Numbered from the stretch's first letter, positions 27,540 to 37,779 are shown. The stretch: DNA of 64,000 bases from an uncultured delta proteobacterium (GCA_963715335.1 CAVQRZ010000006.1:90237-154236), one strand, 5' to 3'. Made by a program: numbers and translations. The notes: generated by a model from the sequence alone, not told the origin.

Positions 27540-28157
27540 CAGATGTCTGACAAAGTTCAGCAAGACTTCATAATAGAGAGGGCAACAGTGGGTTAAACTG
27601 TTGCCCTCTGTCTTTATTCTTAAAAGCTTAAAAGCAACACCGGCGGGTCGCGTCCCGCCCGACGCCATACTTTTGTCCGGCAACAAAAGTATGCAAAAAT
27701 GCCTTCTCCTTGCGGAGGGCATCTCCTTTGCCGGATCTCTGTGACTTCAAGAACCTGCTGTGATGGGGATCCGGCCCTGTGTCAAAGGGCCTGACCTTTC
27801 CGTGTGATTTACAGGGAAAAGCCAAAACAACCTCTACCGACGCAAGCCTCCACAGCAGGAGAGGCTCTCAAGAGCCTCGGCTCCTGCGGGGGAAGCGTAG
27901 GCTCTTGATCGTTTAGAACCATCCGGATTGAGGTTGCCGCCTATTCCGAGCCAGACATGCCCAGCGCAGCGCAGGCCCTTTTCTGCTTACTCTTTTGGGC
28001 CAGCAAAAGAGTAAGGCGCAGTCGGGGGGCGCAACCCCCGGGTTTTGCTTTTATCTTTGAATGCCAAAGAACAACGGCAAAGGGCAACAGATGAACCATC
28101 TGTTGCCCTATGATTTAGAGAAATCCCGCATCACGTGCGAGGTTTGTCAGCAACCTG
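27540..28157. mobile_element. Nested palindromic non-coding element (MITE/REP-like)
   Basis: Imperfect terminal IR (12/15) CAGATGTCTGACAAA...TTTGTCAGCAACCTG enclosing mirrored AGGGCAACAG hairpins and mirrored double-hairpin units. Confidence 0.55.
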
Positions 28158-28192
28158 AGGCCAGACGGCTGACTGCCGTCTGGCCTATTTTT
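28158..28192. terminator. Hairpin at the 3' end of the methyltransferase gene
   Basis: AGGCCAGACGGC-N5-GCCGTCTGGCCT perfect 12-bp stem between convergent genes. Confidence 0.6.
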
Positions 28193-28934
28193 TAGCAGTA
28201 GCTTTTTGCCTGACAACCTCGAACAGAGCCACGGCGCTCGCCGAAGCGGCGTTCATTGAGGCGACACCGCCGCTCATCGGGATTTCCAGCAGACCATCGC
28301 ACAGCTGGCGGGTTCGCTGACGCAGGCCCTCGCCTTCGCCGCCGATGATCAGGGCAAGATGGCCGGACAGGCTCGAGCTAAACAGGGGCTGCGCCCCTTC
28401 GCCGGCAGCCAGGCCGTACACCCAGAAGCCGCTCTTTTTCAGCGTCTCGATGGCCCTGGCCAGGTTGGTCACCTGGCAGACGGCAAGATGTTCCACCGCA
28501 CCAGCCGATGCTTTGTCGACTACGTTGGTAATCCCGCAGCTGCGATCCCTGGTAATGACCACCCCCTGGCAGCCCGCCGCGTCGGCGTTGCGCAGAATCG
28601 CCCCCAGGTTGTGCGGGTCGGTGATCCCATCCAGCAGCAGGAAGAACCCGTCCTGACCGGACGCCTGCCAGGCGCTCAGAAGATCCTCGAGCTCGGTGTA
28701 GGGGAATGGCTCCATACTCATCACCACCCCCTGATGATGGGGCAGCCCGGCGAGCCGGTCGAGATCCTGACGACGGCGCTGTCGAACCGGCACTTCACAA
28801 TCCTTTGCCAGGACCAGGACTTCCTCGATGCGCTTACCGCCGGCTTTCTCGTCGACAAACAATTCGACCGGTCGACGACGACCGCGCAAAGCTTCTTTGA
28901 TGGGGTTGATGCCGTAGAGATAATCTAGGTTCAT
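28185..28934 (-). CDS. rlmB: 23S rRNA 2'-O-methyltransferase (RlmB/TrmH SPOUT family)
   Basis: LYGINPIKEAL, HQGVV, LDGITDPHNLGAILR, GGEGEGLR, SMNAASA; ATG at 28934. Confidence 0.9.
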   Translation of the reverse strand: MNLDYLYGINPIKEALRGRRRPVELFVDEKAGGKRIEEVLVLAKDCEVPVRQRRRQDLDRLAGLPHHQGVVMSMEPFPYTELEDLLSAWQASGQDGFFLLLDGITDPHNLGAILRNADAAGCQGVVITRDRSCGITNVVDKASAGAVEHLAVCQVTNLARAIETLKKSGFWVYGLAAGEGAQPLFSSSLSGHLALIIGGEGEGLRQRTRQLCDGLLEIPMSGGVASMNAASASAVALFEVVRQKATAKK

Positions 28935-29148
28935 GCTATGGTCCCTGAAAACTTTTCCGTGCGTCGACTTCGGCCCGATGCTGAATGACACACGGCGTGA
29001 ATTTAAACCGGGCCAGTCTGATGCGCGGCAAGGCCAGAAGGGCTGCGCAAACAACAGGCCCTTTCCTGCACGGCCCGGGACGTGACAATCCGCAGCGCGA
29101 TCGCTCGGCAGGCCTGTCACACTCAACAGCCAGCCAAGCTATCATAAG

Positions 29149-30099
29149 CTACTGGTCAACGGTGACAGAATGGCAGTTGCTCTCTGGCGCTTTGCCGCGT
29201 CTCTCACGCGAGACCTCGACCTCATCCGGCGCAGGGTGACCAGCCCGGTTGCGCCCGATCAGGGCCTGGATACCGTACCAGCCCAACGCTCCTTCCTCTG
29301 CAATGTCGGAGAGCTCTTCCAGTGCCGTCCGGTTGTCGTACTCTCCCGTCCGGTAAGGCCGGGAAGAGATCAGGGCGTCATAGACATCGCAGGTCGCAAC
29401 CATTTCCACCAGGGGGCTCACCGCGGCAAGACCTCTCGGGTAACCTGAACCGTTGCATCGTTCATGGTGGTTGAGGGCGACGTGCGCCGCCGGATGGCGA
29501 GGGTCTCCCAGGTAATAACTGAGCAACACGTAGCCGGCCACGGCGTGAAATTCAAGGGATTGGCGCTCCCGGCGGGTCAGGGGGGTCTTTTTTTGCAGGA
29601 TGTCGGAGGGGATCGTCAGTTTGCCGACATCGTGTGTCGGCCCGACCAGCAGGACATTCCTCTCTGCCATCGTGTTTGGGTAGCATTTTTCCATCATGAA
29701 AGAGGTCAGAGCGAAAACGACCAGTGAGTGGCGATAGGTATAGAAGTCGCTTTGCTTGAACATGTCCAGCGCGGTCAAAAGGGGCTGCGGAATCGGTATC
29801 TCGCCGAACTGCCTGAGATGGTCCCGAACCCCGTCGGCACCGCCAAAAACAAACACGTAGGGGGCTTCACTCATGAAGCGTTCCATGTCCGACAGGACCT
29901 TGTCGTGCTGAAGCAGGCAGCTGGTCTTGAACTGCCTCAGCCGTCCCCGCCTGGCGATATCATTGATGACCGCCTCGTCGAGCAGGAGGCCCGCAGGGAG
30001 AAGCTCCGCGCCATCCAGGTCCCTGATGGCAAAAGCTAACGTGATATCGAGTGCATTGATGTCGCTGGTTATTGATGATCCTGATATGCCATCATTCAT
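29149..30099 (-). CDS. HD-GYP domain phosphodiesterase
   Basis: YRHS, HDVGK, HHERCNGSGYP, DVYDALISSRPYR. Confidence 0.9.
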   Translation of the reverse strand: MNDGISGSSITSDINALDITLAFAIRDLDGAELLPAGLLLDEAVINDIARRGRLRQFKTSCLLQHDKVLSDMERFMSEAPYVFVFGGADGVRDHLRQFGEIPIPQPLLTALDMFKQSDFYTYRHSLVVFALTSFMMEKCYPNTMAERNVLLVGPTHDVGKLTIPSDILQKKTPLTRRERQSLEFHAVAGYVLLSYYLGDPRHPAAHVALNHHERCNGSGYPRGLAAVSPLVEMVATCDVYDALISSRPYRTGEYDNRTALEELSDIAEEGALGWYGIQALIGRNRAGHPAPDEVEVSRERRGKAPESNCHSVTVDQ

Positions 30100-30192
30100 G
30101 TGACCCCCCTAGATTACATGCAATCGGCTACTCCAATCCTGCCCGTTCAGATCAGCTGCAAAATTGTCCCTGTCTCTTTCCCCGGTGGCGGA

Positions 30193-31626
30193 TCACGACT
30201 TGTTGACCGACGTGGTCTGATCCGTAGTTGAAATGCAGTCCTTCCCCTCCGATTTCGACTTGAACATCAATTGGTTGGCCAGATCGACAAGCTGAGTGAA
30301 CGCTTGTTGGCCATCGCCGGGGAACGTTGCAATCCCGGTACTGATTGTGATCTGTTGCTCGCCCATCCCCTTGTACCGAAACGAACTGATACTTAAACTG
30401 ATCCTGCGCGCCAGTTCCAGTGCCCCGGCGGTTTCGGTCTTGGGCAGAAGGATCACGAACTCTTCGCCGCCGTAACGTGCCGCGATATCGATTTCCCGCA
30501 CAAACTCCCTGATCATCACCCCAATCTGCCTGATCACTTCATCGCCACGGATATGGCCATATTTATCGTTGACCAGTTTGAAGTCGTCGATGTCGAAAAA
30601 AATCAATGACAGCGGCTCATGATGCCGGACCGCACGGGAAAATTCTTTCTCGAGCCGTTCATAAAAGTGCCGATGCGTGTAAAGCTTGCTCAACCCGTCG
30701 CGAATCGCCATCTCTTCGAACAGGTCCTTGGCGGATTTCATCGATTCGAAAAGGGTCGCATTTTCCAGCGCGTTCGCAGAGATATTGGCGACCAGATGAG
30801 TAAGCTTGCTGATGCGTTCGGAGATACCATCTTTCAATTTCATTGTCGTGCGCAGGAAAAGGGTGCCGATAACGGCCTCTTTCTTGATGATTGGCATAAC
30901 GATGAGCGAATTGAGATTCAAGGCCGCGACATGCTGGCGAACCGGTTCCATCAGTGGGTCGAGCTTGACATCGTTGACGATCACCGCTTTGTGAGTCTCT
31001 ATCGCCTTGCGTATCTCCGGATAGCGATTCAAATCCAGCCTGAGTTCGTTGTTTTCCTGCAGGTTGTTGCAAGCCTTGACGGTAATTTCGTTGCCATTGC
31101 AGACGCTGATAATTGAACACCGCTCGACTTCAATAACATCGGCAATCTTTTCCACGACAAATCGCAGGATTTTCATCGGGTTGCGCAACACGGTGACAAT
31201 GTCGTAGAGCTCGAGCAGCATCTGCAAGTCGCGCCGCTCCAGTTCGTTGTAGTAGTTCTTGTACAGCAGGTGCGCATCGACTCGTGCCAGAACTTCCGGA
31301 GGGTGAACCGGTTTGGTAATATAATCGTCGGCGCCGGTCTGCAGGCCGAGAAGGATCTCATCCCGGTTGGTATGGGCGGTAATCAGGAGCACCGGGATGC
31401 GCTTTGTCTGCTTGGTCTCCTTGATGATCCTGCAGACTTCAATGCCGTTCATGCCCGGCATCTCGATATCGAGAATGACGAGATCCGGGGTCTCGCTAAA
31501 GACCAGGTCCAGAGCCGTTTGGCCATTGTCCGCCTCGAGTGTTATGTAACGGCCCGCCAGGGCATCCTGCAGAATTGTCCTGATAAACCTGTCGTCATCG
31601 ACAATCAGGACCTTGTCCATTGTCAT
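30193..31626 (-). CDS. REC-GAF-GGDEF response-regulator diguanylate cyclase
   Basis: VDDD...LDIEMP...KP receiver; GAF-like middle; REID I-site and RYGGEEF. Confidence 0.92.
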   Translation of the reverse strand: MTMDKVLIVDDDRFIRTILQDALAGRYITLEADNGQTALDLVFSETPDLVILDIEMPGMNGIEVCRIIKETKQTKRIPVLLITAHTNRDEILLGLQTGADDYITKPVHPPEVLARVDAHLLYKNYYNELERRDLQMLLELYDIVTVLRNPMKILRFVVEKIADVIEVERCSIISVCNGNEITVKACNNLQENNELRLDLNRYPEIRKAIETHKAVIVNDVKLDPLMEPVRQHVAALNLNSLIVMPIIKKEAVIGTLFLRTTMKLKDGISERISKLTHLVANISANALENATLFESMKSAKDLFEEMAIRDGLSKLYTHRHFYERLEKEFSRAVRHHEPLSLIFFDIDDFKLVNDKYGHIRGDEVIRQIGVMIREFVREIDIAARYGGEEFVILLPKTETAGALELARRISLSISSFRYKGMGEQQITISTGIATFPGDGQQAFTQLVDLANQLMFKSKSEGKDCISTTDQTTSVNKS

Positions 31627-31991
31627 CCCCTGACCCTCCAATTGGCTAGCTATCGCTCGCATTTTTGCCCACTATCCATCCAAGGTATACGGTTGGTCAC
31701 GATTGACCAGAAACCGTTTTTCATAACCACGAGGGAAGACGCCCCACAGCACGCTTCAACTCTCCAAACAGCATCAACACGTTCGTAGAGCACTGTTTTG
31801 CCTACGACAGCCTGTTTCAAGGGAGTTGCAATGGCCGCTTCCTCAAGAATCGGCCGGGAGCCACTACGTCAGGAAAAATTTCGCTGGCAGGCCGGAAGAC
31901 AATGTTTTCTGATGACAGCCCCCATAATCGCCCCGTTCAACCTCGACGACTATATGCAAAAAACGTGCAAAGTTCCGGCTATTGAGAGATT

Positions 31992-32723
31992 TTATTCATC
32001 CAGAGCTGCCTGCATTTCCTGCAGGATCATACCGGCCGCCAAGGCAGGATCCGCCGCCGCAGAGATTGGCCGTCCGACCACCAGGTAATCGGCCCCTGAG
32101 CGCAGGGCCTCTCCGGGGGTCGTCACGCGCTTCTGATCATCCTTCGCGGCGAACGTCGGCCGGACACCGGGCGTAACGATCAGGAAGTCCTCACCGCAAA
32201 CATCACGGATCAGGGCCACTTCTTGCGGCGATGCGACCACGCCGTCCATGCCGGCATCTTTGGCCAGCCTGGCAAGCTTGGGCACCATGACCTGTACGGG
32301 CCGATCGATGCCGACGCCGCGCAGGGTCTCTTCATTCGACGAAGTGAGAATCGTCACCGCCAGCAGGATCGGTCGGTTCGGGTTGCCGCGCGGACACTCC
32401 TTGTCGATTTCAGCCACCAGCTTCGCCATCATTTCAAAGCCGCCCAGGGCATGAACGTTGAACATCCTGACCCCAAGCCGCAGAGCCTCGAGACCGGCCA
32501 TGGCCACGGTATTCGGGATATCGTGGTATTTCAGGTCGAGGAACACATCACTGCCGCCAGCCTGGACCAGGCGGACAACCTCGGGGCCACACCGGGTAAA
32601 GAGCTGCTTGCCGATTTTGAATACCCCGACCTGTTCCTGCAGTTTTTCAACCCATTTGCGGGCATCTTCCAGGCTGTCGACATCAAGGGCGAAGATCAGC
32701 TTTTGTTTGGCACTATTCATCAC
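31992..32723 (-). CDS. pyrF: Orotidine-5'-phosphate decarboxylase
   Basis: FLDLKYHDIPNTV, VTPGVRP, LVVGRPI. Confidence 0.97.
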   Translation of the reverse strand: MMNSAKQKLIFALDVDSLEDARKWVEKLQEQVGVFKIGKQLFTRCGPEVVRLVQAGGSDVFLDLKYHDIPNTVAMAGLEALRLGVRMFNVHALGGFEMMAKLVAEIDKECPRGNPNRPILLAVTILTSSNEETLRGVGIDRPVQVMVPKLARLAKDAGMDGVVASPQEVALIRDVCGEDFLIVTPGVRPTFAAKDDQKRVTTPGEALRSGADYLVVGRPISAAADPALAAGMILQEMQAALDE

Positions 32724-33945
32724 GGTTTCCTATCAGGTCCCGGACGCGCTGCGAGACGTCCTGGACGCGCTTGATCAATTCGGCAGAGTCTACGGCGCCA
32801 AGCTCACGGCGCGCGGCGATGCATTCCATGTAGACCAGTTCGCTGAGGGACTCGGAGAGCAGGCGCAGTTTGTCACCTTCCTCGAGGCCAGCCAGGTTGG
32901 CAAGGATACGGCCGCCATCTATCGAGCCGTCTTCCTTCAGTGCGGTTTGTCTGAACACGTATGAGAACGGTTGCGGCAGGTCGCGCAGGAATCGCGAAAT
33001 TTCCTCACGGAACCGGGGGTTTTTGGCCGAGACCACGCCGTGCATGGCCACCAGGACACCGTTGAAGATCTTGACCACTTCACCGAGGACCCCCTCGACG
33101 GCGACGGTCGGGGCCTCCTCCATCTTCACTACGCCGCGTTCAACCAGCTGGCTGAGCAACCTCAGAGCATCGAATTCACCGGACCCCGAACGGCGCAACA
33201 GCTCGCTGACATCGCTGACCCCCGACTGGGCCAGGGCGACCATTCTCTGAGATATGCTGTCAAGATCGTTGGGGACCTTGCCAGTGGCCACCGGCATAGC
33301 GTCAAGCGACTTGATCTTCTGAATGTACAAGGCCCGCTCATCAACCCGTCTCAACCCCTCCATGATCAGGTTCTGGGTGGTCATGGAAAGCCTGACGACC
33401 TTGTTTTCATCCGGCTTGACATTGGTGTACAGATAGGAGCCATCATGAAAGGCAAACAGGTTGTAGGTGATCGTCTCCACCTGGTTTTTGGTCGCGGCCC
33501 AGAGGTCCTGGGAAGTGATGATCCCCTGGTCGACCAGGATCTTGCCCAGCGGGATTTCGCCGTTGGCAAACTGGCGGGCGCCCTGCAGGATTTCCCGGTC
33601 GAATTTGCCGAGGCCGTAAAGGATTTCGCCGATCTCCTCTTCCGGAAAGGTGCTTGTTGCGTAGACGATCTCACCTTTCTGGAAATAAAGGCCCTTGCTG
33701 CCCCCTGACAGATCGAACTGTAACAGCCCTGACTTGCGGAACATGTTGAAAAACGAGAGCAGGTCGACAATGCCGACTTCCCCGACCAGGCCGGTCATCA
33801 GTACCTTGTCGGCACTTGCCGCAGATTCCAGCAACAGGTGCTGTTCGGAACAGGAGGACAGCCTCAACGGCTGGTCACCCAGTGATTTCAAAACAGTCGA
33901 CGGCAGCAGCAGCTTGCCGCCCTTTTCGATCCTTATCTCGCTCAC
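32713..33945 (-). CDS. DUF4388-like domain protein
   Basis: GLVGEVGIVDLLSFFNMFRKSGLL...LYFQKGEIVYA...LGKILV pattern; GTG start at 33945. Confidence 0.7.
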   Translation of the reverse strand: MSEIRIEKGGKLLLPSTVLKSLGDQPLRLSSCSEQHLLLESAASADKVLMTGLVGEVGIVDLLSFFNMFRKSGLLQFDLSGGSKGLYFQKGEIVYATSTFPEEEIGEILYGLGKFDREILQGARQFANGEIPLGKILVDQGIITSQDLWAATKNQVETITYNLFAFHDGSYLYTNVKPDENKVVRLSMTTQNLIMEGLRRVDERALYIQKIKSLDAMPVATGKVPNDLDSISQRMVALAQSGVSDVSELLRRSGSGEFDALRLLSQLVERGVVKMEEAPTVAVEGVLGEVVKIFNGVLVAMHGVVSAKNPRFREEISRFLRDLPQPFSYVFRQTALKEDGSIDGGRILANLAGLEEGDKLRLLSESLSELVYMECIAARRELGAVDSAELIKRVQDVSQRVRDLIGNRDE

Positions 33946-33949
33946 CGCC

Positions 33950-35677
33950 CTACGCCCCCATTGAAGCGGACAAGGCGGCACGCACCTGGGCAACGATCGT
34001 TTCTGCGGCACCATCGACCGGCAGCATGGAGTTTTCGCCAGAGCGTCGATCTTGCAGTTCGAAAGACTGCTCTTTCAACCCACGGGCGCCGACCGTCACA
34101 CGCAGCGGGATGCCAAGCAGTTCGGCATCCTTGAATTTGCTCCCCGGACGTTCATCGCGATCGTCGAGCAGAACCTCCAGGCCTTCGGCAAGCAGCTGTC
34201 CATACAGTGTTTCCCCGGCACCGAGGACTGTCTCATCATTCGGGTTGAGCAGGGTCACGATCACCTGGAACGGCGCCAGCGGCATCGGCCAGACAATGCC
34301 GTTCTCGTCGTGGTTCTGCTCTATCGCTGCCGCCGCAGTCCGGCCGATACCGATGCCGTAGCAACCCATGACCAGCGTTCGTTCCTTGCCCTGACCATCA
34401 AGGACCGTGGCATGCATTGCATCCGAGTACTTGGTGCCGAGTTTGAAGACATGGCCGACTTCGATGCCGCGCCAAGCCTCCAGCCGACCGTTACAGCGCG
34501 GACAGGGGTCGCCGGCCTGAGCCTCGCGCAGGTCGACAAAAGCTTCAACCTGGAAATCCCGACCGTGGTTGGCGCCGGTCAGGTGGAAATTCTCCTCATT
34601 GGCGCCAAGGCCGAAGTCACTCAATATCGCCAGGGCCTGATCGGCCAGGACACGGCAGGTCAAACCGATCGGTCCGGAGAAACCGGTCGGGGCACCGGTC
34701 AGCTTCCTGACCAGTGCTTCGTCGGCCATCTGCAGGTGGTTGCAGCCGAGGAAGTTGCACAGTTTGACCTCATTGAGCTTGTGATCCCCGCGCATCAGCA
34801 CGGCGATGTTCTCTTCACGCTCGTTCTGCAGCATCAGGGTCTTGACCATCTTCTGCGGATTTTCATTCAGGAACGCGGCGACATCTTCAATGCTTTTCAG
34901 ATTTGGGGTCGCGACCTTGCCCAGCTCCATGGCCGGGGCCGGGGCTTTCCCGACCGGGGCACGCAGTTCGGCCTTTTCGACATTGGCCGCGTAGTCACAG
35001 CTATTGCAGGAGACAATGGCGTCCTCGCCGGTTTCGGCAAGGACCATGAATTCATGGGAAAAGCTGCCGCCGATCGCTCCGGAGTCCGCCTCAACAGCGC
35101 GAAATTCGAGGCCGCAGCGCATAAATATGCGCCGATAGGCGTCATACATTTTTTTGTACGAAATATCCGCGCCGGCGTCATCGATATCGAAAGAATAGGC
35201 GTCTTTCATGATGAATTCCCGGCCGCGCATCAGGCCGAAGCGTGGGCGGATCTCGTCACGGAACTTGGTCTGGATCTGGTAGAGGTTCAGCGGCAGCTGG
35301 CGATAGGAGTTCACCGTGCCACGGACGATTTCCGTCACGACTTCTTCGTGGGTGGGACCGATACAGAAATCGGTCTCCTTGCGGTCCTTGAAACGCAGCA
35401 ACTCCTTGCCGTACTGCTGCCAGCGTCCTGATTGTTGCCACAAGTCAGCAGGGTTGACTGCAGGCATCAGCAATTCAATGGCGCCGGCGCGATTCATCTC
35501 TTCGCGAACGATATTCTCGACCTTGCGGATCACCCGCAAGCCGAAAGGCAGGTAGTCATAAATACCGGCCGCCACCTTGCGGATCATACCGGCCCGGGCC
35601 ATTAACTGGTGGCTGACGACTTCAGCATCACCGGGAGTTTCTTTCAACGTCGGTAAAAAGTACTGGGAATAACGCAT
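33950..35677 (-). CDS. proS: Proline--tRNA ligase (bacterial type with editing domain)
   Basis: GPTHEE, FRDEIRPRFGLMRGREF, MGCYGIG. Confidence 0.98.
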   Translation of the reverse strand: MRYSQYFLPTLKETPGDAEVVSHQLMARAGMIRKVAAGIYDYLPFGLRVIRKVENIVREEMNRAGAIELLMPAVNPADLWQQSGRWQQYGKELLRFKDRKETDFCIGPTHEEVVTEIVRGTVNSYRQLPLNLYQIQTKFRDEIRPRFGLMRGREFIMKDAYSFDIDDAGADISYKKMYDAYRRIFMRCGLEFRAVEADSGAIGGSFSHEFMVLAETGEDAIVSCNSCDYAANVEKAELRAPVGKAPAPAMELGKVATPNLKSIEDVAAFLNENPQKMVKTLMLQNEREENIAVLMRGDHKLNEVKLCNFLGCNHLQMADEALVRKLTGAPTGFSGPIGLTCRVLADQALAILSDFGLGANEENFHLTGANHGRDFQVEAFVDLREAQAGDPCPRCNGRLEAWRGIEVGHVFKLGTKYSDAMHATVLDGQGKERTLVMGCYGIGIGRTAAAAIEQNHDENGIVWPMPLAPFQVIVTLLNPNDETVLGAGETLYGQLLAEGLEVLLDDRDERPGSKFKDAELLGIPLRVTVGARGLKEQSFELQDRRSGENSMLPVDGAAETIVAQVRAALSASMGA

Positions 35678-35777
35678 CGGTCAACCTCTGAATAAGAGAA
35701 TAACCCTCTCACAGTTGATTAGAGAAGGCCTCTGAAATTAGCCTATTTCGAGGGGGATTGCAAGTTGTGATGCAGGC

Positions 35778-36842
35778 TCAGGGCTTACGGTCTTCGGCCA
35801 GGGACAAGGCTTCTTCGACGAGGGCATCGGCAAGTTCGGCCTGCGGCACCTTGCGCACCACTTGACCTTTGCGAAACAGCAGGCCCTGGCCCTTGCCACC
35901 GGCGATACCGAGGTCCGCTTCGCGCGCTTCACCGGGGCCGTTGACCCCGCAACCCATAACCGCGATCGTTATGCGCATCGGCAAGCTGTGCAATCGCCGC
36001 TCGACTTCTTCGGCAATCTCGATCAGATCGATTTCGCAACGACCGCAGGTCGGGCAACTGATAAACACCGGGCCGCGTTCGCGCAGTTCGAGACTTTTCA
36101 AAATCTCCCAACCGACCCGTACCTCTTCGACGGGATCCCCTGTGAGTGAGATCCGTAGCGTGTCGCCGATTCCGTCGTAGAGCAGGGCGCCGAGGCCCAC
36201 GGCGCTTTTGATCGTGCCGCTCCAGGTCGTCCCGGCCTCGGTGATCCCGATATGCATCGGATAATCGACCTGCTCGGCGAGCAGACGGTAGGCAGCAACG
36301 GTGCGCTGCACATCAGAGGCCTTGAGGCTGACCTTGATCTCGCGATAACCCAGCTCTTCCAGGATACGGATATGGGAGAGCGCGCTGGCCACCATCGCTT
36401 CAGCGGTCGGGTGGCCGTACTCTTCCAGCAATTCCTTTTCCAGCGATCCGGCATTTACCCCGATACGGATCGGCACAGCGCGCTCGGCGCAGGCCTTGAC
36501 GACCTCTTCGACCTTCCAGCGTGCACCGATATTGCCGGGGTTGAGCCGCAAGCCAGCGACCCCTGCCTCCAGCGACATCAGTGCCAGACGGTAATCGAAA
36601 TGAATGTCGGCAATCATCGGCAACGGGCTCTGGGCGCAGATCGCCTTCAAGGCTTGCGCTGCCGCCTGATCGGGAACGGCACAGCGCACGATTTCGCAAC
36701 CGGCTTGAGCAAGGGCCGCTATTTGCGCACCGGTCGCGGTAATATCACGGGTATCGGTATTGCACATCGACTGCACCGAGATCGGCGCGTCACCACCAAC
36801 CGCCACATTGCCGACCTGGATTTTGCGTGTCCGACGTCTCAA
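35778..36842 (-). CDS. ispG: HMBPP synthase IspG (GcpE)
   Basis: ADIHFD, RLNPGNIG, CPTCGR, MGCGVNGPGE. Confidence 0.97.
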   Translation of the reverse strand: MRRRTRKIQVGNVAVGGDAPISVQSMCNTDTRDITATGAQIAALAQAGCEIVRCAVPDQAAAQALKAICAQSPLPMIADIHFDYRLALMSLEAGVAGLRLNPGNIGARWKVEEVVKACAERAVPIRIGVNAGSLEKELLEEYGHPTAEAMVASALSHIRILEELGYREIKVSLKASDVQRTVAAYRLLAEQVDYPMHIGITEAGTTWSGTIKSAVGLGALLYDGIGDTLRISLTGDPVEEVRVGWEILKSLELRERGPVFISCPTCGRCEIDLIEIAEEVERRLHSLPMRITIAVMGCGVNGPGEAREADLGIAGGKGQGLLFRKGQVVRKVPQAELADALVEEALSLAEDRKP

Positions 36843-36881
36843 ATGGCCACCCTAAAAGACGAAACAAACCCTGGAAAACAA

Positions 36882-36980
36882 TTAACGCAAAGTAAAGCAC
36901 TGAAAGGCAAAGGAAAGTCGCAAAGCGATCAAAACCTTTTAAAGCTGGTTCTCTTAGCGCCCTTTGCGTCTTTGCGTTAA
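36882..36980. repeat. Inverted octamer (NCGCAAAG) repeat element, copy 1
   Basis: TTAACGCAAAG...CTTTGCGTCTTTGCGTTAA. Confidence 0.65.
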
Positions 36981-37011
36981 AAAAGAATCCAGTTGCCCAT
37001 GAAGATTTTCG

Positions 37012-37081
37012 AGTTTACGGACGTATCCGGCTACATGTCAAGCAGAGCCTGCTTGCCAACATAAAGGTTTCCATATATAGT
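37012..37081. promoter_or_regulatory. Divergent sigma70 promoters for ispG and yedF-selC
   Basis: Plus TTGCCA-17-TATAGT (37053-37081); minus TTGACA-18-TAAACT (37041-37012). Confidence 0.6.
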
Positions 37082-37109
37082 GTGGCGAAAGTTTAATCTG
37101 GGGAGCTAA

Positions 37110-37691
37110 ATGAAAACCATCGACTGCCGCGGCCAGCAATGCCCGCAACCTGTTATCCAGACCCGCAAAACCATGCTGGCAGAACCTGGCAGCGTGCTGG
37201 AAGTTTTGGTTGACGACCAGGTCTGCCAGGACAATGTCTCGCGCCTGGCAACGACCATGGGATACCGCATCAGGGCTGAAGAATCAGGGCCAGCGATCCG
37301 GCTTGAGCTGAGCCCGGGAGAGAAACTGCAGAGTCACGCCACCGCACCTGCGACCGGACCGAGGATTATCTTTATCGGTTCAGACCAGATGGGGTCCGGC
37401 GACCCCAAGCTCGGCCAGGTCCTGATGAAAAACTTTATCTTCACCCTGACCGAAGCAGATGTCGTCCCCGACGCCATTTACTGTGTCAACAGCGGCGTCA
37501 GGCTGACGATCGGAGGCTCCGAGGTCCTCGAACCCCTGGAGGAACTTGCCAGTCGCGGTGTCGACATCGCATCATGCGGTCTTTGCCTGGAGTATTTTGA
37601 CGCCAAGGACTCCCTGGTCGTCGGCAGAGTCTCCAACATGCTGGAACTGGTGAACGCCCTGGAAGGGGCTGGCAGCATCATTCGCTTGTAG
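37110..37691 (+). CDS. yedF: Selenium metabolism sulfurtransferase-like protein YedF (TusA + DsrE-like domains)
   Basis: IDCRGQQCPQPV TusA motif; GSDQMGSGD...LG.VLMKNF...CGLCLEYF; adjacent to selC. Confidence 0.88.
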   Translation: MKTIDCRGQQCPQPVIQTRKTMLAEPGSVLEVLVDDQVCQDNVSRLATTMGYRIRAEESGPAIRLELSPGEKLQSHATAPATGPRIIFIGSDQMGSGDPKLGQVLMKNFIFTLTEADVVPDAIYCVNSGVRLTIGGSEVLEPLEELASRGVDIASCGLCLEYFDAKDSLVVGRVSNMLELVNALEGAGSIIRL

Positions 37692-37698
37692 CTTTTAA

Positions 37699-37779
37699 GG
37701 GAGTAGTTCGTAGCCTGGTGGCGCGCTCGGTCTTCAAAACCGATGGGGGGCGTATCCCGTCCCTGGTGGGTTCGATTCC
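37699..37779 (+). tRNA. selC: tRNA-Sec (TCA), 3'-truncated
   Basis: GGGAGTAG acceptor 5' strand, TCGGT-CTTCAAA-ACCGA anticodon arm, long variable arm, GTGGGTTCGATTCC. The rest of the 3' T-stem, the acceptor 3' strand (CTACTCCC) and GCCA are missing. Confidence 0.85.

Noticed and set aside
31690..31975. Possible c-di-GMP riboswitch or sigma54 promoter upstream of the diguanylate cyclase
   Set aside because: No GEMM core in the right order. The sigma54-like TTGCAC-N5-TTGC lacks the invariant -24 GG. Only an isolated hairpin (~31689-31721) is seen.
37718..37779. ORF-track N-terminus of the sulfite oxidase (MARSVFKTDGG...)
   Set aside because: It is the tRNA-Sec sequence read in frame; no RBS or Tat motif
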